From a virus (Duplodnaviria; Caudoviricetes): DNA of 64,000 nt. Shown one piece after another: positions 47,690 to 55,960 of the stretch. The translations under genes and the position numbers were made by a program. Under the pieces are notes generated by a model. That model searched no databases, was not told where the DNA came from, and saw nothing but the letters and a program-made list of their open reading frames with translations. The stretch is taken from positions 1 to 64,000 of the IMG/VR virus record IMGVR_UViG_3300028886_000058, one strand, 5' to 3'. The number at the start of each line of letters is the position of its first letter. Position 1 is the first letter of the stretch.

Positions 47690-47947
47690 TCAAAAATTCA
47701 AATCAAAAAACATCTCTATGTCAGTAGAGACGCTGTCTTCATTTTCGCCTTTAGTAGTAACAGTCACTTTATCGCCTTGAAGGATGTTTAACATTATCAT
47801 TCCCATAAGGTTCATTACATTAGCACTATTCGTGCCTTTAGTGACCACAACCTTGCATTTAGATTCGGAAACTATGCCTTGTAAGTCCATGATAGGTCTA
47901 ACGTGTATCCCTCTCGGATTACGGATAGTATAGTCAAACGTCCTCAT
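47690..47947 (-). CDS. HPr-like phosphocarrier protein
   Basis: N..GIHVRP with His at position 15; 85 aa; G..V.V..KGE.E; residue 46 is Asn. Confidence 0.8.
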   Translation of the reverse strand: MRTFDYTIRNPRGIHVRPIMDLQGIVSESKCKVVVTKGTNSANVMNLMGMIMLNILQGDKVTVTTKGENEDSVSTDIEMFFDLNF

Positions 47948-48089
47948 CGTCTTTCTCTTCTTCTTCTTCTTTGATTATCAGTTTTTCACGATCACGTATC
48001 CACGCTTCACGAATAAACTGCCTCATTTCTTCCGTAAGTCTTCCTTTCCTTACGGTATTCATAACAGCCATGTATTCTTTCTCTGTCAT
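47934..48089 (-). CDS. Small hypothetical protein MTEKEYMAVM.. (not in ORF track)
   Basis: Overlaps both neighbouring genes. Confidence 0.5.
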   Translation of the reverse strand: MTEKEYMAVMNTVRKGRLTEEMRQFIREAWIRDREKLIIKEEEEEKDDEDV

Positions 48090-49003
48090 GACGCTACCCC
48101 CAAATCTGTGTAAATGGCAATGCCACCGATTATTTCCACTTCGTACATATGACCTGCTTGAAGAGTTTTATCTCCAACGCTTATAATGTTATCTATACCG
48201 TTGATAGTAATAGAAGTGACCGAACTTGAAGGACATGAGAACAGGAATTTGTAGACAGTATTTTCCGGAGTAAGGCTCTCACTCGCTGTATAAAGTGTCA
48301 AAGTAATAGATTGCTTCTCGCCAAACATCTTTATAAATGGGTATGGATACAGTCCTGCTGTAATTGTTGTTCCACCATGCCGTGATATATAAGGCGTTCC
48401 CTGTGTATTCATTGACATCATCGTTGGATAGAATTCTTCTGGATAACCATGTTCTTCATCAGCAGCATAACAAATGACACTTATAACAAGTAAGTTGACA
48501 TAGGTTTGGATATCCGGGTTTGTACTTTGGAATACAATTCTATCATCAACATAAAACGTTGCCTGTATAATAAAAGGTAATGTTTTTTCTGCTCCGGGAT
48601 ATTGCGAAAAGGGATTAAGTATGGCGTAAGAACATTTTCCTGCACGAATTGCTTCCAGTATCTCATTGAATGTTAGATTACATTCAAGTTCATAGTTTTC
48701 GTTTTCTGTAAAAACAGGGACTACTATCGAGTCTCCCCAGACGGGATTGAGATTATCGTCAAGCTTGAGAATTTGTCCGCTTGTACCCATAGCAGATGGA
48801 GCATCTTGCTTTGTTTGGAACTCTCGGTATGTTGGAACTTCGTAGTCTTCACCAGTTTCATCAGTATCAATCCAAAGTTTAGTGGTTGAAGTCTGTGGCT
48901 CACTATTCCCAACAACAACTTGGCTTTCTGCTCGTCCACGGAGGTCGTCATACAGGAGCATGCCGTCTCCGAGATTCATGTTTTTATTTACTTGTACGCT
49001 CAT
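48086..49003 (-). CDS. Modular tail-associated protein
   Basis: Shares KLWI...Y.VPT, GT.GQ.L.LD.NL.PVW and CNLTF.E modules. Confidence 0.65.
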   Translation of the reverse strand: MSVQVNKNMNLGDGMLLYDDLRGRAESQVVVGNSEPQTSTTKLWIDTDETGEDYEVPTYREFQTKQDAPSAMGTSGQILKLDDNLNPVWGDSIVVPVFTENENYELECNLTFNEILEAIRAGKCSYAILNPFSQYPGAEKTLPFIIQATFYVDDRIVFQSTNPDIQTYVNLLVISVICYAADEEHGYPEEFYPTMMSMNTQGTPYISRHGGTTITAGLYPYPFIKMFGEKQSITLTLYTASESLTPENTVYKFLFSCPSSSVTSITINGIDNIISVGDKTLQAGHMYEVEIIGGIAIYTDLGVAS

Positions 49004-50697
49004 GCTCCCACCCTCGTTTCATATTCATCTATAATTGCCTGTGTCTCTTGAAGTGTCGCAACTTCAGGGACATCTTCCATAGTCGCAAGTTTAGTTCCGC
49101 CAGTAAAGTCATTGTTACAATTAACATATACATCACCAGTGAAAAGTCCATTGCCTGTTAATTCAGGATTGGCTTTAGGAGCTTTCAAATCAAATTCGCT
49201 TGTTAACTTATCTGCAGACCAAGTAAGAGTTGTGATTCCAGCTCCAGTAGTGTCGTCTATTATTCCTTCGCTAGGAATATATACACCGGTAAGCCATCCA
49301 GGCATAAAAGTTACACCAACTATTGAGATGTCATGCGGACCCTGTCTCTCATATATTTTACCAAAAAACGCAACAGTGTATTGGTTTACATCAAAAGAAG
49401 TCGCCGAAATACTAGATAGTTCTGTTGAAATTGTTGCCATACCATCCGAATACGTTGCAATTGCTTTTATGGTTTTTCCCTCGTTATATGCATTCCAAAC
49501 TTCAACAAGTGTTTTGTCACATGTTGTCGGATAAGACCCATGTTCATTGTCGTACGTAATACTAAAAGTGACTATAAATGGAGAGTCTTCTTTTCCAGCA
49601 AGAGCTGTGTCTATATATCCTTTTGTAGCTGCATCAGATGAAACTGTCGGAGCAGAAAGAGATGTAATTTTCTTATTTTCAGCAGAGAAGTTTCCACCAT
49701 CTATACTCGTTATTTGTCTAGCTGGTCTTACGATCCACGTATTATTTGGTGCACCAACGATACTAATATCAATTGCATAATCATCAAAAAATCTTCCAGT
49801 AACAATAGCCATATACATGGTAACTGTGCCACCCTGAGGATCTGGAAACTCATTAGACATCACATACAGTCCAGGTAGCTCAATTTGCATTTTTGGTAAG
49901 TCTTGATCGATTTCTAATTGCGCTATTGCTTTTATCTTTTTCCCTGAAAAAAAAGCTTCGCCAATTTCTGTAATTGTTTTATCTGCTGTTGCGGTAAGTG
50001 CATTACCATCTTGAACAAGTTCAAACGTAACAACAAGATCTGGTATATCTTCTTTTGTGTTTAATCTTGTTACTAAGTTATCTGCTGACCATGTTTTATT
50101 TAAAACACCAGTATCAGCTGTATCGTCTATTAAGTCTGTATATTCAGGATCTTTAATTGATGCAGTAGTAGTACCATTAACATCGGTAATGGAAATAGTA
50201 GTTACTTTGTCTTCTTTGGTTACTGTAGCAATAGGAGAGAAGCCGTCAAACTCACCTGACTCTTTAGCTTCTTCCAACGCTTCATTAATCGTATGCGGAA
50301 TATCTGCTAATGCAGCTTCCGCTCTTGTAATCCAGTCATCTATTGGATCAGGTATTTCACCAGATGGTAAAATACTTTTAAGAACTCTGTATTGTCCAAC
50401 ATATGACTTGACTACAACTTCGTCTTCAACAAAAGACAGTTGAAGCTCACCTTTTCCTTCATGAATCAAGTCCGAGTTTGTTACATCCCAGACTACTTCA
50501 TCCCCGTCTCTGGTTACAATAGTAGGGTAGGGTTCGCCTTCTGGAGGCTGAACTGTTAATGTAGCGAGAGCGTCGGGGTATTCTTCGAATATTTTTAGAC
50601 AGTCTATTCGAACCTGTGTGTGCAGATTTTCACCAGCAAAGCCTACGGGGATAGTAGCTTTAGCCAAGTCTGCAAGCCGTATGCTAACGGATCTCAT
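49000..50697 (-). CDS. BppU-like baseplate/fibre protein
   Basis: GFAGEN...VRID, W.VT..DL...G.GELQL; shared modules. Confidence 0.65.
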   Translation of the reverse strand: MRSVSIRLADLAKATIPVGFAGENLHTQVRIDCLKIFEEYPDALATLTVQPPEGEPYPTIVTRDGDEVVWDVTNSDLIHEGKGELQLSFVEDEVVVKSYVGQYRVLKSILPSGEIPDPIDDWITRAEAALADIPHTINEALEEAKESGEFDGFSPIATVTKEDKVTTISITDVNGTTTASIKDPEYTDLIDDTADTGVLNKTWSADNLVTRLNTKEDIPDLVVTFELVQDGNALTATADKTITEIGEAFFSGKKIKAIAQLEIDQDLPKMQIELPGLYVMSNEFPDPQGGTVTMYMAIVTGRFFDDYAIDISIVGAPNNTWIVRPARQITSIDGGNFSAENKKITSLSAPTVSSDAATKGYIDTALAGKEDSPFIVTFSITYDNEHGSYPTTCDKTLVEVWNAYNEGKTIKAIATYSDGMATISTELSSISATSFDVNQYTVAFFGKIYERQGPHDISIVGVTFMPGWLTGVYIPSEGIIDDTTGAGITTLTWSADKLTSEFDLKAPKANPELTGNGLFTGDVYVNCNNDFTGGTKLATMEDVPEVATLQETQAIIDEYETRVGA

Positions 50698-50719
50698 AGT
50701 CTCTCACTTCCCCTTTAGT

Positions 50720-50962
50720 TTACATGTTATTCAATTGATTTATTATTACATTAGGGTCTTTGCCCTTTTGTTTTGCCATGTCGTAAAATAACTGTTTAGC
50801 ATTTCCACCGTTTTGATTTATATAATTTAAAACTTGTCCTAACTGTGAATTATTTTGCGCCAGAGACATAAGTAAAGCGCCCGGGTTTTGAGCATTCCGG
50901 ACGCTTTTAAACATGTTCATTATGCTGTTTCCGCTAAATAGCTGGTTAATTATTGGGTTCAT
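50720..50962 (-). CDS. Hypothetical protein (Asn/Gln-rich)
   Basis: ORF in operon. Confidence 0.65.
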   Translation of the reverse strand: MNPIINQLFSGNSIMNMFKSVRNAQNPGALLMSLAQNNSQLGQVLNYINQNGGNAKQLFYDMAKQKGKDPNVIINQLNNM

Positions 50963-51263
50963 CGAGCAACGCCTCCTCTAAACTTTTCAGTCGTTTATCG
51001 ATAGATGCAAAACGTTCATCCATTCTCATTTCGACAGTTGGTTCAGGAGTGTGTAAAGAAATATCATAAGGAGTCTTAGTTTTATATCCAGCGCCATCAG
51101 TTTGAACAAACCATATAATAGGAGCAGTTTCATCTAATAATAAGACATCGCTGTTTGGTGCCATCTGAAATGCATCAACACCTTGTTCACCGCTTACTCT
51201 GATAATGTGCATCTGCTGTGCTGGCATTTGCATAGCCATTGCATATGGGTTATTCATAATCAT
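50946..51263 (-). CDS. Hypothetical protein
   Basis: PNSDVLLLD..PI...TDGAG. Confidence 0.65.
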   Translation of the reverse strand: MIMNNPYAMAMQMPAQQMHIIRVSGEQGVDAFQMAPNSDVLLLDETAPIIWFVQTDGAGYKTKTPYDISLHTPEPTVEMRMDERFASIDKRLKSLEEALLDEPNN

Positions 51264-51293
51264 ATTGTTTCCCCAGTTAATGCCGTTTATAGC

Positions 51294-51605
51294 TTACACT
51301 CCTTTGTACATCGAGATAGCAGCTTTAGCTTCTGCCGCTTTGTCTATATGTCTCCTATGTAAAATATCGTATACCATTTTCATGGCTTCAGAAGGTTCAC
51401 CGTTTTTACGTTTATAATCTTCAATAATTGATACAACTTGAGAATGCAGAGTCATCATGTGCTTCATCTCTTCATCGGCTAAACGGCTGAACATGTCTGC
51501 TAAAGCTACGTTTTCTTCTTTATAAGCTAAAGCACATTTAGCATATTTCATTGCGTCTGCAATTTCTTCATCGATCATAGAGGATAATTTCTCAATAATT
51601 TGCAT
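51294..51605 (-). CDS. Ferritin-like four-helix protein
   Basis: EEIADA.KY ... EEMKH. Confidence 0.55.
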   Translation of the reverse strand: MQIIEKLSSMIDEEIADAMKYAKCALAYKEENVALADMFSRLADEEMKHMMTLHSQVVSIIEDYKRKNGEPSEAMKMVYDILHRRHIDKAAEAKAAISMYKGV

Positions 51606-51624
51606 GGGAAAGTCTCCTTTCAGA

Positions 51625-51726
51625 TTATTCTTCCAACGCCTTCCTTACTTGTTCACGCCATTTTTCAGGAACATCATTGAGGCTCATTTTGCCTTCTCTA
51701 ATTCTTTTAACATATATCTTAACCAT
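51625..51726 (-). CDS. CD1375/XkdX-like small protein (not in ORF track)
   Basis: MVKIYVKRIREGKMSLNDVPEKWREQVRKALEE. Confidence 0.6.
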   Translation of the reverse strand: MVKIYVKRIREGKMSLNDVPEKWREQVRKALEE

Positions 51727-51728
51727 AA

Positions 51729-52220
51729 TTAAGCCCCCTTGTTCTCAAGTGCAGCTACACGATCTGCAAGACGATTATAAAAACTCCAAAGACGATTAAG
51801 ACTATCATGCATATTAGTTGCAAGAGCAGATGTACTATCAACAGTTGTTTGCATACTATTTACGGAATCAAGAGCGTCTGCAACAAGATCAGCTATCTCA
51901 ATAATACCGTCTATACATTCATCAATGTTTCCTTGAAGGACTTGTTCTGTCCCATCATTAATAACACTCATACGAAACACAGTAGTAACGGTACGATTCT
52001 CAATATTTGTTTCTGCGATAGAAACAACGCATGCATTATACCATTTCATTTTTTCAACATCGTTATCGTCATATTCAATAATTTCATTGCCTTCTCCAAA
52101 CTCATCAAGAAGCTCTGCAAGAGATGCATTAGTCATTATATCAAGAGTTCCAGTTCCATTAATTGGATCAAATCTCCAATCAACATTGTTAAATATAGTA
52201 TCATTGATTTTTATTTTCAT
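51729..52220 (-). CDS. Hypothetical tail-associated protein
   Basis: RBS GGAGG, coiled-coil C-terminus. Confidence 0.65.
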   Translation of the reverse strand: MKIKINDTIFNNVDWRFDPINGTGTLDIMTNASLAELLDEFGEGNEIIEYDDNDVEKMKWYNACVVSIAETNIENRTVTTVFRMSVINDGTEQVLQGNIDECIDGIIEIADLVADALDSVNSMQTTVDSTSALATNMHDSLNRLWSFYNRLADRVAALENKGA

Positions 52221-52238
52221 ATATTTCCCTCCATTTCA

Positions 52239-52892
52239 TCATGCGGTTCTTTGCCATGTATATACAGCAAGATAAGGCGGAAGCGTATCAATAGTTGTCT
52301 GACCACTTATTGTAAAAGGATGATCGTGTGCAAGTCCGTCACCACTTACACCAGTAGTGTCGTTACTCTTGCCAGAACTTCCGGATAAAGTATGTGTATG
52401 TTCACCTTTATAGCCAATGCCGTTGAGATCGTCGTCTGGACCACCAGTATTTACCCCAGAATCAGATTTAATGTATGCCTTGCGTAAATTTATACAATTT
52501 GTAGAAGCGCTATTAAGACCAACTTCTGCCTTAATTTCATGTTGATGACTACCGTTGGTAGATGTACTAAGTGCCTCATTACTTTCATGAGTATGATAAT
52601 ATATATTATGCGCATGACTTGGTATTTCTTCTATTTTTAATCTATGCCCGTCAACAACACCTGTAATGGAATAATTTTTGCTTGCAGATCCGGTTGACTC
52701 ATTGATTGTTAAAGTGCTTCCAGCAGCAGCAATGAATTTATCTTGTATTTGACTCCATTGTGTGTTTTTAAACAAAGTACTTGGATTTATATTTTCCACA
52801 CTCATGTAAATCGATCCAATTGGATAGATTAAGTTTACTATATATTCTTCTGGAAAATCTCTATAAAAAGTGTTTGTAGCCACATTATTCAC
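52239..52892 (-). CDS. Gp10/tail-collar-like short fibre, paralog 3
   Basis: YPIGSIYMS..NP; HxH repeats; LPPYLAVY.W.R. Confidence 0.75.
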   Translation of the reverse strand: MNNVATNTFYRDFPEEYIVNLIYPIGSIYMSVENINPSTLFKNTQWSQIQDKFIAAAGSTLTINESTGSASKNYSITGVVDGHRLKIEEIPSHAHNIYYHTHESNEALSTSTNGSHQHEIKAEVGLNSASTNCINLRKAYIKSDSGVNTGGPDDDLNGIGYKGEHTHTLSGSSGKSNDTTGVSGDGLAHDHPFTISGQTTIDTLPPYLAVYTWQRTA

Positions 52893-52899
52893 CTCCAGA

Positions 52900-53535
52900 T
52901 TACTCTATGCGTTTCCACACATTCACAGCTAAATAAGGTGGAAGTGTATCTATAGAAATAGTAGAGCCAATAAAATCATGATTATGCGATTGACCCTCGC
53001 CTGTACTGTCTGTGTTTACATCAGAAATTTGTTCATTTACAAGACCAGAAATTTTAGCATAACCTGTTGTCCCTGTAACTGTATGAGAATGGCTGCCGCT
53101 TGAAAGAATAGATGTTCCTTCGTGCGAACCAGAACTTGCGTGTCTTGCCGCCCAAAATGTAACGCCAGACCCTGACGAATAATATCCATACCATGTGTGA
53201 ATATGAGTAGATGTATTTTGATCAATAGTATATGATCCTTTATCGTGAAGATGCTGTCCAAGATCGTGTTCATGACTCGGCATTTCTTCTTCTCTAAGAG
53301 TATAATTTCCAACTGTTCCAGCAGGTGTATATTCTTTAGAAAAAACACCTCCGCTATTTATATATGTATTGCCAGCACCAACTAAAAACGTATCTGTTAT
53401 CTGTTGCCACCTTGTTCCCTCAAAAAGATTTGAAGGGTTTACGTTTCCGACATTCATATAAATAGAACCAATAGGATGAAGCAGATCAATTAAGTTCTGC
53501 TTTGTTAATTTATCTTCAAATACAGTACTTGACAT
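52900..53535 (-). CDS. Gp10/tail-collar-like short fibre, paralog 2
   Basis: HPIGSIYM; HxH; LPPYLAVNVWKR. Confidence 0.75.
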   Translation of the reverse strand: MSSTVFEDKLTKQNLIDLLHPIGSIYMNVGNVNPSNLFEGTRWQQITDTFLVGAGNTYINSGGVFSKEYTPAGTVGNYTLREEEMPSHEHDLGQHLHDKGSYTIDQNTSTHIHTWYGYYSSGSGVTFWAARHASSGSHEGTSILSSGSHSHTVTGTTGYAKISGLVNEQISDVNTDSTGEGQSHNHDFIGSTISIDTLPPYLAVNVWKRIE

Positions 53536-53550
53536 ATATCTGCTCCTTTC

Positions 53551-54183
53551 TTATCTTGTACGTCTCCACATATAAACAGGTAAGTATGGTGGCAAAACAT
53601 TTACTGTTTCAGTTATGCCTGTAAAAGGATGTGCATGAGAATTTCCTTGCCCATATGAACCTGTATTTCCATCTGCTTGTTTCACCGTATAATTATCATT
53701 TAATGTATGACTATGTAAACCAGAAGCAGCCATACCATCATCATTTGGTACTTTCCAGCCGCCACCACCACTTGCTCTTTTTTGCGTTCTTGCTTCGTTA
53801 CCAGATCCGTTTAAACTTGCAGTTGCATTACCTTTTGTATCGTGCGTATGGCTACCAGTTGCATTTGTCTTTAAGGTTCCTGCACCATGCGAGTGTTCAT
53901 TTAAAAGATGTGAATGGCTTGGAATTTGTTCTGTTGACAAATAAGTTCCTTCAACTGTACCAGAAGGAGTTATATCTACTGTTGCGCTACCACCCGTAGT
54001 TCCACCTTCATATGTTTGACCAGCTGCAATCAAAAACCTATCTTGTAATTGAACCCACTCTGTATTAATGAATATTGTTTCCGGATTAACGTTGCTTACG
54101 CTCATATATATAGAACCAACAGGATAAGCAATGTTAGTAATTATAGATCTGTTTATTGGGCGCTCAAATATACGTACTCCCAT
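53551..54183 (-). CDS. Gp10/tail-collar-like short fibre, paralog 1
   Basis: YPVGSIYMS; HxH; LPPYLPVYMWRR. Confidence 0.75.
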   Translation of the reverse strand: MGVRIFERPINRSIITNIAYPVGSIYMSVSNVNPETIFINTEWVQLQDRFLIAAGQTYEGGTTGGSATVDITPSGTVEGTYLSTEQIPSHSHLLNEHSHGAGTLKTNATGSHTHDTKGNATASLNGSGNEARTQKRASGGGGWKVPNDDGMAASGLHSHTLNDNYTVKQADGNTGSYGQGNSHAHPFTGITETVNVLPPYLPVYMWRRTR

Positions 54184-54194
54184 TATATATCACC

Positions 54195-55391
54195 TCAAGG
54201 CTCTTCCTGAGGCTCTTCTTGAGATTCCTCTTGAGATTCTTCTTGAGATTCTTCAATTTGCTGGTTCATCAGCAAAACAGATACTGTAGAAGTTCCAATA
54301 ACATCAGAACATGTTAACGTTACTGAATTTAAACCAGTAGTAATAGTAACAGAATCTCTAAAAATTTGAGGAGCGCTATATTCAATTCCGATTGGTTTCA
54401 TGTCGTCTGTTACGCCTTGAATTGTAGTGCTATGAGAATATGATCCGCTTTCATTTGTAACCGTATCTAATGTAACAGAAAATGTTTTATTAGATTCTAT
54501 TTCGGCTTGTAAAGCAGACACAGCATCGTCTAGCTCTTCTTGTAAAGCATCTATAGCAGTTCCAACATCAGTACCAATACTTCCAAAAGAGGATGATATT
54601 TTATCAGCTGACCAAGTTTTATCAGTGTCTCCAGCGCCAGAATTATCATTAATAACATCAGAAATTGCCTCCATCATACCTCTATTATCATCAGCACTTA
54701 CTTTGATATTGTCTGCATAAAGTACTACATCTCCTGTTTGTGTGTTAACAGAAGACACTCTACCTTCACCATCTTGACCTTGATATGTTACAGCATATGT
54801 TTCAACAGTATTCTCATTCCAAGTATAGGTTGTCTTAGCCCAAACATATTTACCTTTTTCTGGAGTCGGAGTAGAAGTCCATGTTCCTCCTATAGGGTGA
54901 TTACTTCCATCAGTACTTGTTTGATAAGTTGTGACAGCTCCGGTCAATGCTTGATTAAAAGACGCAATTTCTTCTGCTGTTAACTCTAAATAATATTTGG
55001 AATTATTATGATACGCAGGATCAGTTGATTCGACATCAATCCCAGAACGCTTACCATTAGCCCAAGACTCTGAGTCTTTGGAGCTGTTTAAAGAGTTTTG
55101 AGCATATTGCGCAGATTCATTTTTATAATTGTATGCAGCTTGAGCATTTATAGTTGAATCGACTAATGTGTCTACCCATTCTTCTACTGTTCCTGTATAT
55201 CCATGTGCAACTGCATAAATATAGTCAGATGCATGTCCAAGTTCCTGTATTTCTCCAGTTCTATATTCGGCTTTTAGTTTTCCTGCGTCTTCGCCTTCTT
55301 CTTCAAGCCACACTCTTATTACTCCGCGATATAAGGCTACATCTTCGTTGAACTCAGCTGTAAAATCAAAAGGAGTAGCATCAAAACTCAT
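54195..55391 (-). CDS. Tail fibre-like protein
   Basis: GYTGT.EEW, VSSVN..TGDV.L, IND..G.GDTDKTWSADK; QEES repeats. Confidence 0.65.
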   Translation of the reverse strand: MSFDATPFDFTAEFNEDVALYRGVIRVWLEEEGEDAGKLKAEYRTGEIQELGHASDYIYAVAHGYTGTVEEWVDTLVDSTINAQAAYNYKNESAQYAQNSLNSSKDSESWANGKRSGIDVESTDPAYHNNSKYYLELTAEEIASFNQALTGAVTTYQTSTDGSNHPIGGTWTSTPTPEKGKYVWAKTTYTWNENTVETYAVTYQGQDGEGRVSSVNTQTGDVVLYADNIKVSADDNRGMMEAISDVINDNSGAGDTDKTWSADKISSSFGSIGTDVGTAIDALQEELDDAVSALQAEIESNKTFSVTLDTVTNESGSYSHSTTIQGVTDDMKPIGIEYSAPQIFRDSVTITTGLNSVTLTCSDVIGTSTVSVLLMNQQIEESQEESQEESQEEPQEEP

Positions 55392-55960
55392 TATGTTTCA
55401 CCCCCTTCTTGATCGATATATCCGTCAATAATTGTTTGTGTTTCTTCCTCTGTGGCAACTTCATGATCTTCTGCTACATCAGGCATTGTACCGTCAACAA
55501 TATGATCTCCGATATTTGTGTCATAATGTTGTACACCTGTAGAATCTATTATTTCTTTGCTTGCCATTCTTGACTCGTCTTTCATATATACGTTCAACTG
55601 TATGCGATATTTAGACTTTTCTTTAAAGAGTAACGACTCGCCTTGCGATAAAGTAAGCAATACTCTAGTTTTATGTATTTCATCCCAATGCTCATTATTC
55701 CATTGTTCTGCTATTTCAATTTTCTGATTTGATTTGTATAATTTATTTTCGTGCTCACATAATGTACCTTCTGTAATAGGCACCTCTAGAGCAGAATAGT
55801 TTAAAACATAATCTGGAATATATTCTTCGAAATTAGAAGTGATTTTTTTAATAAGAATTACATCATTGTTTTGCTTATAAGTAACAATAACACTATCAAT
55901 TTGATCTGCTACAAATGGAACAGTAAATTGTTGCGCAATAGTTTCTCCTGGATTAAACAC
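55391..55960 (-). CDS. Tail-associated hypothetical protein
   Basis: Shares LY.....I...E.W...HW and VAT.EETQ.IID modules. Confidence 0.6.
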   Translation of the reverse strand: MFNPGETIAQQFTVPFVADQIDSVIVTYKQNNDVILIKKITSNFEEYIPDYVLNYSALEVPITEGTLCEHENKLYKSNQKIEIAEQWNNEHWDEIHKTRVLLTLSQGESLLFKEKSKYRIQLNVYMKDESRMASKEIIDSTGVQHYDTNIGDHIVDGTMPDVAEDHEVATEEETQTIIDGYIDQEGGET

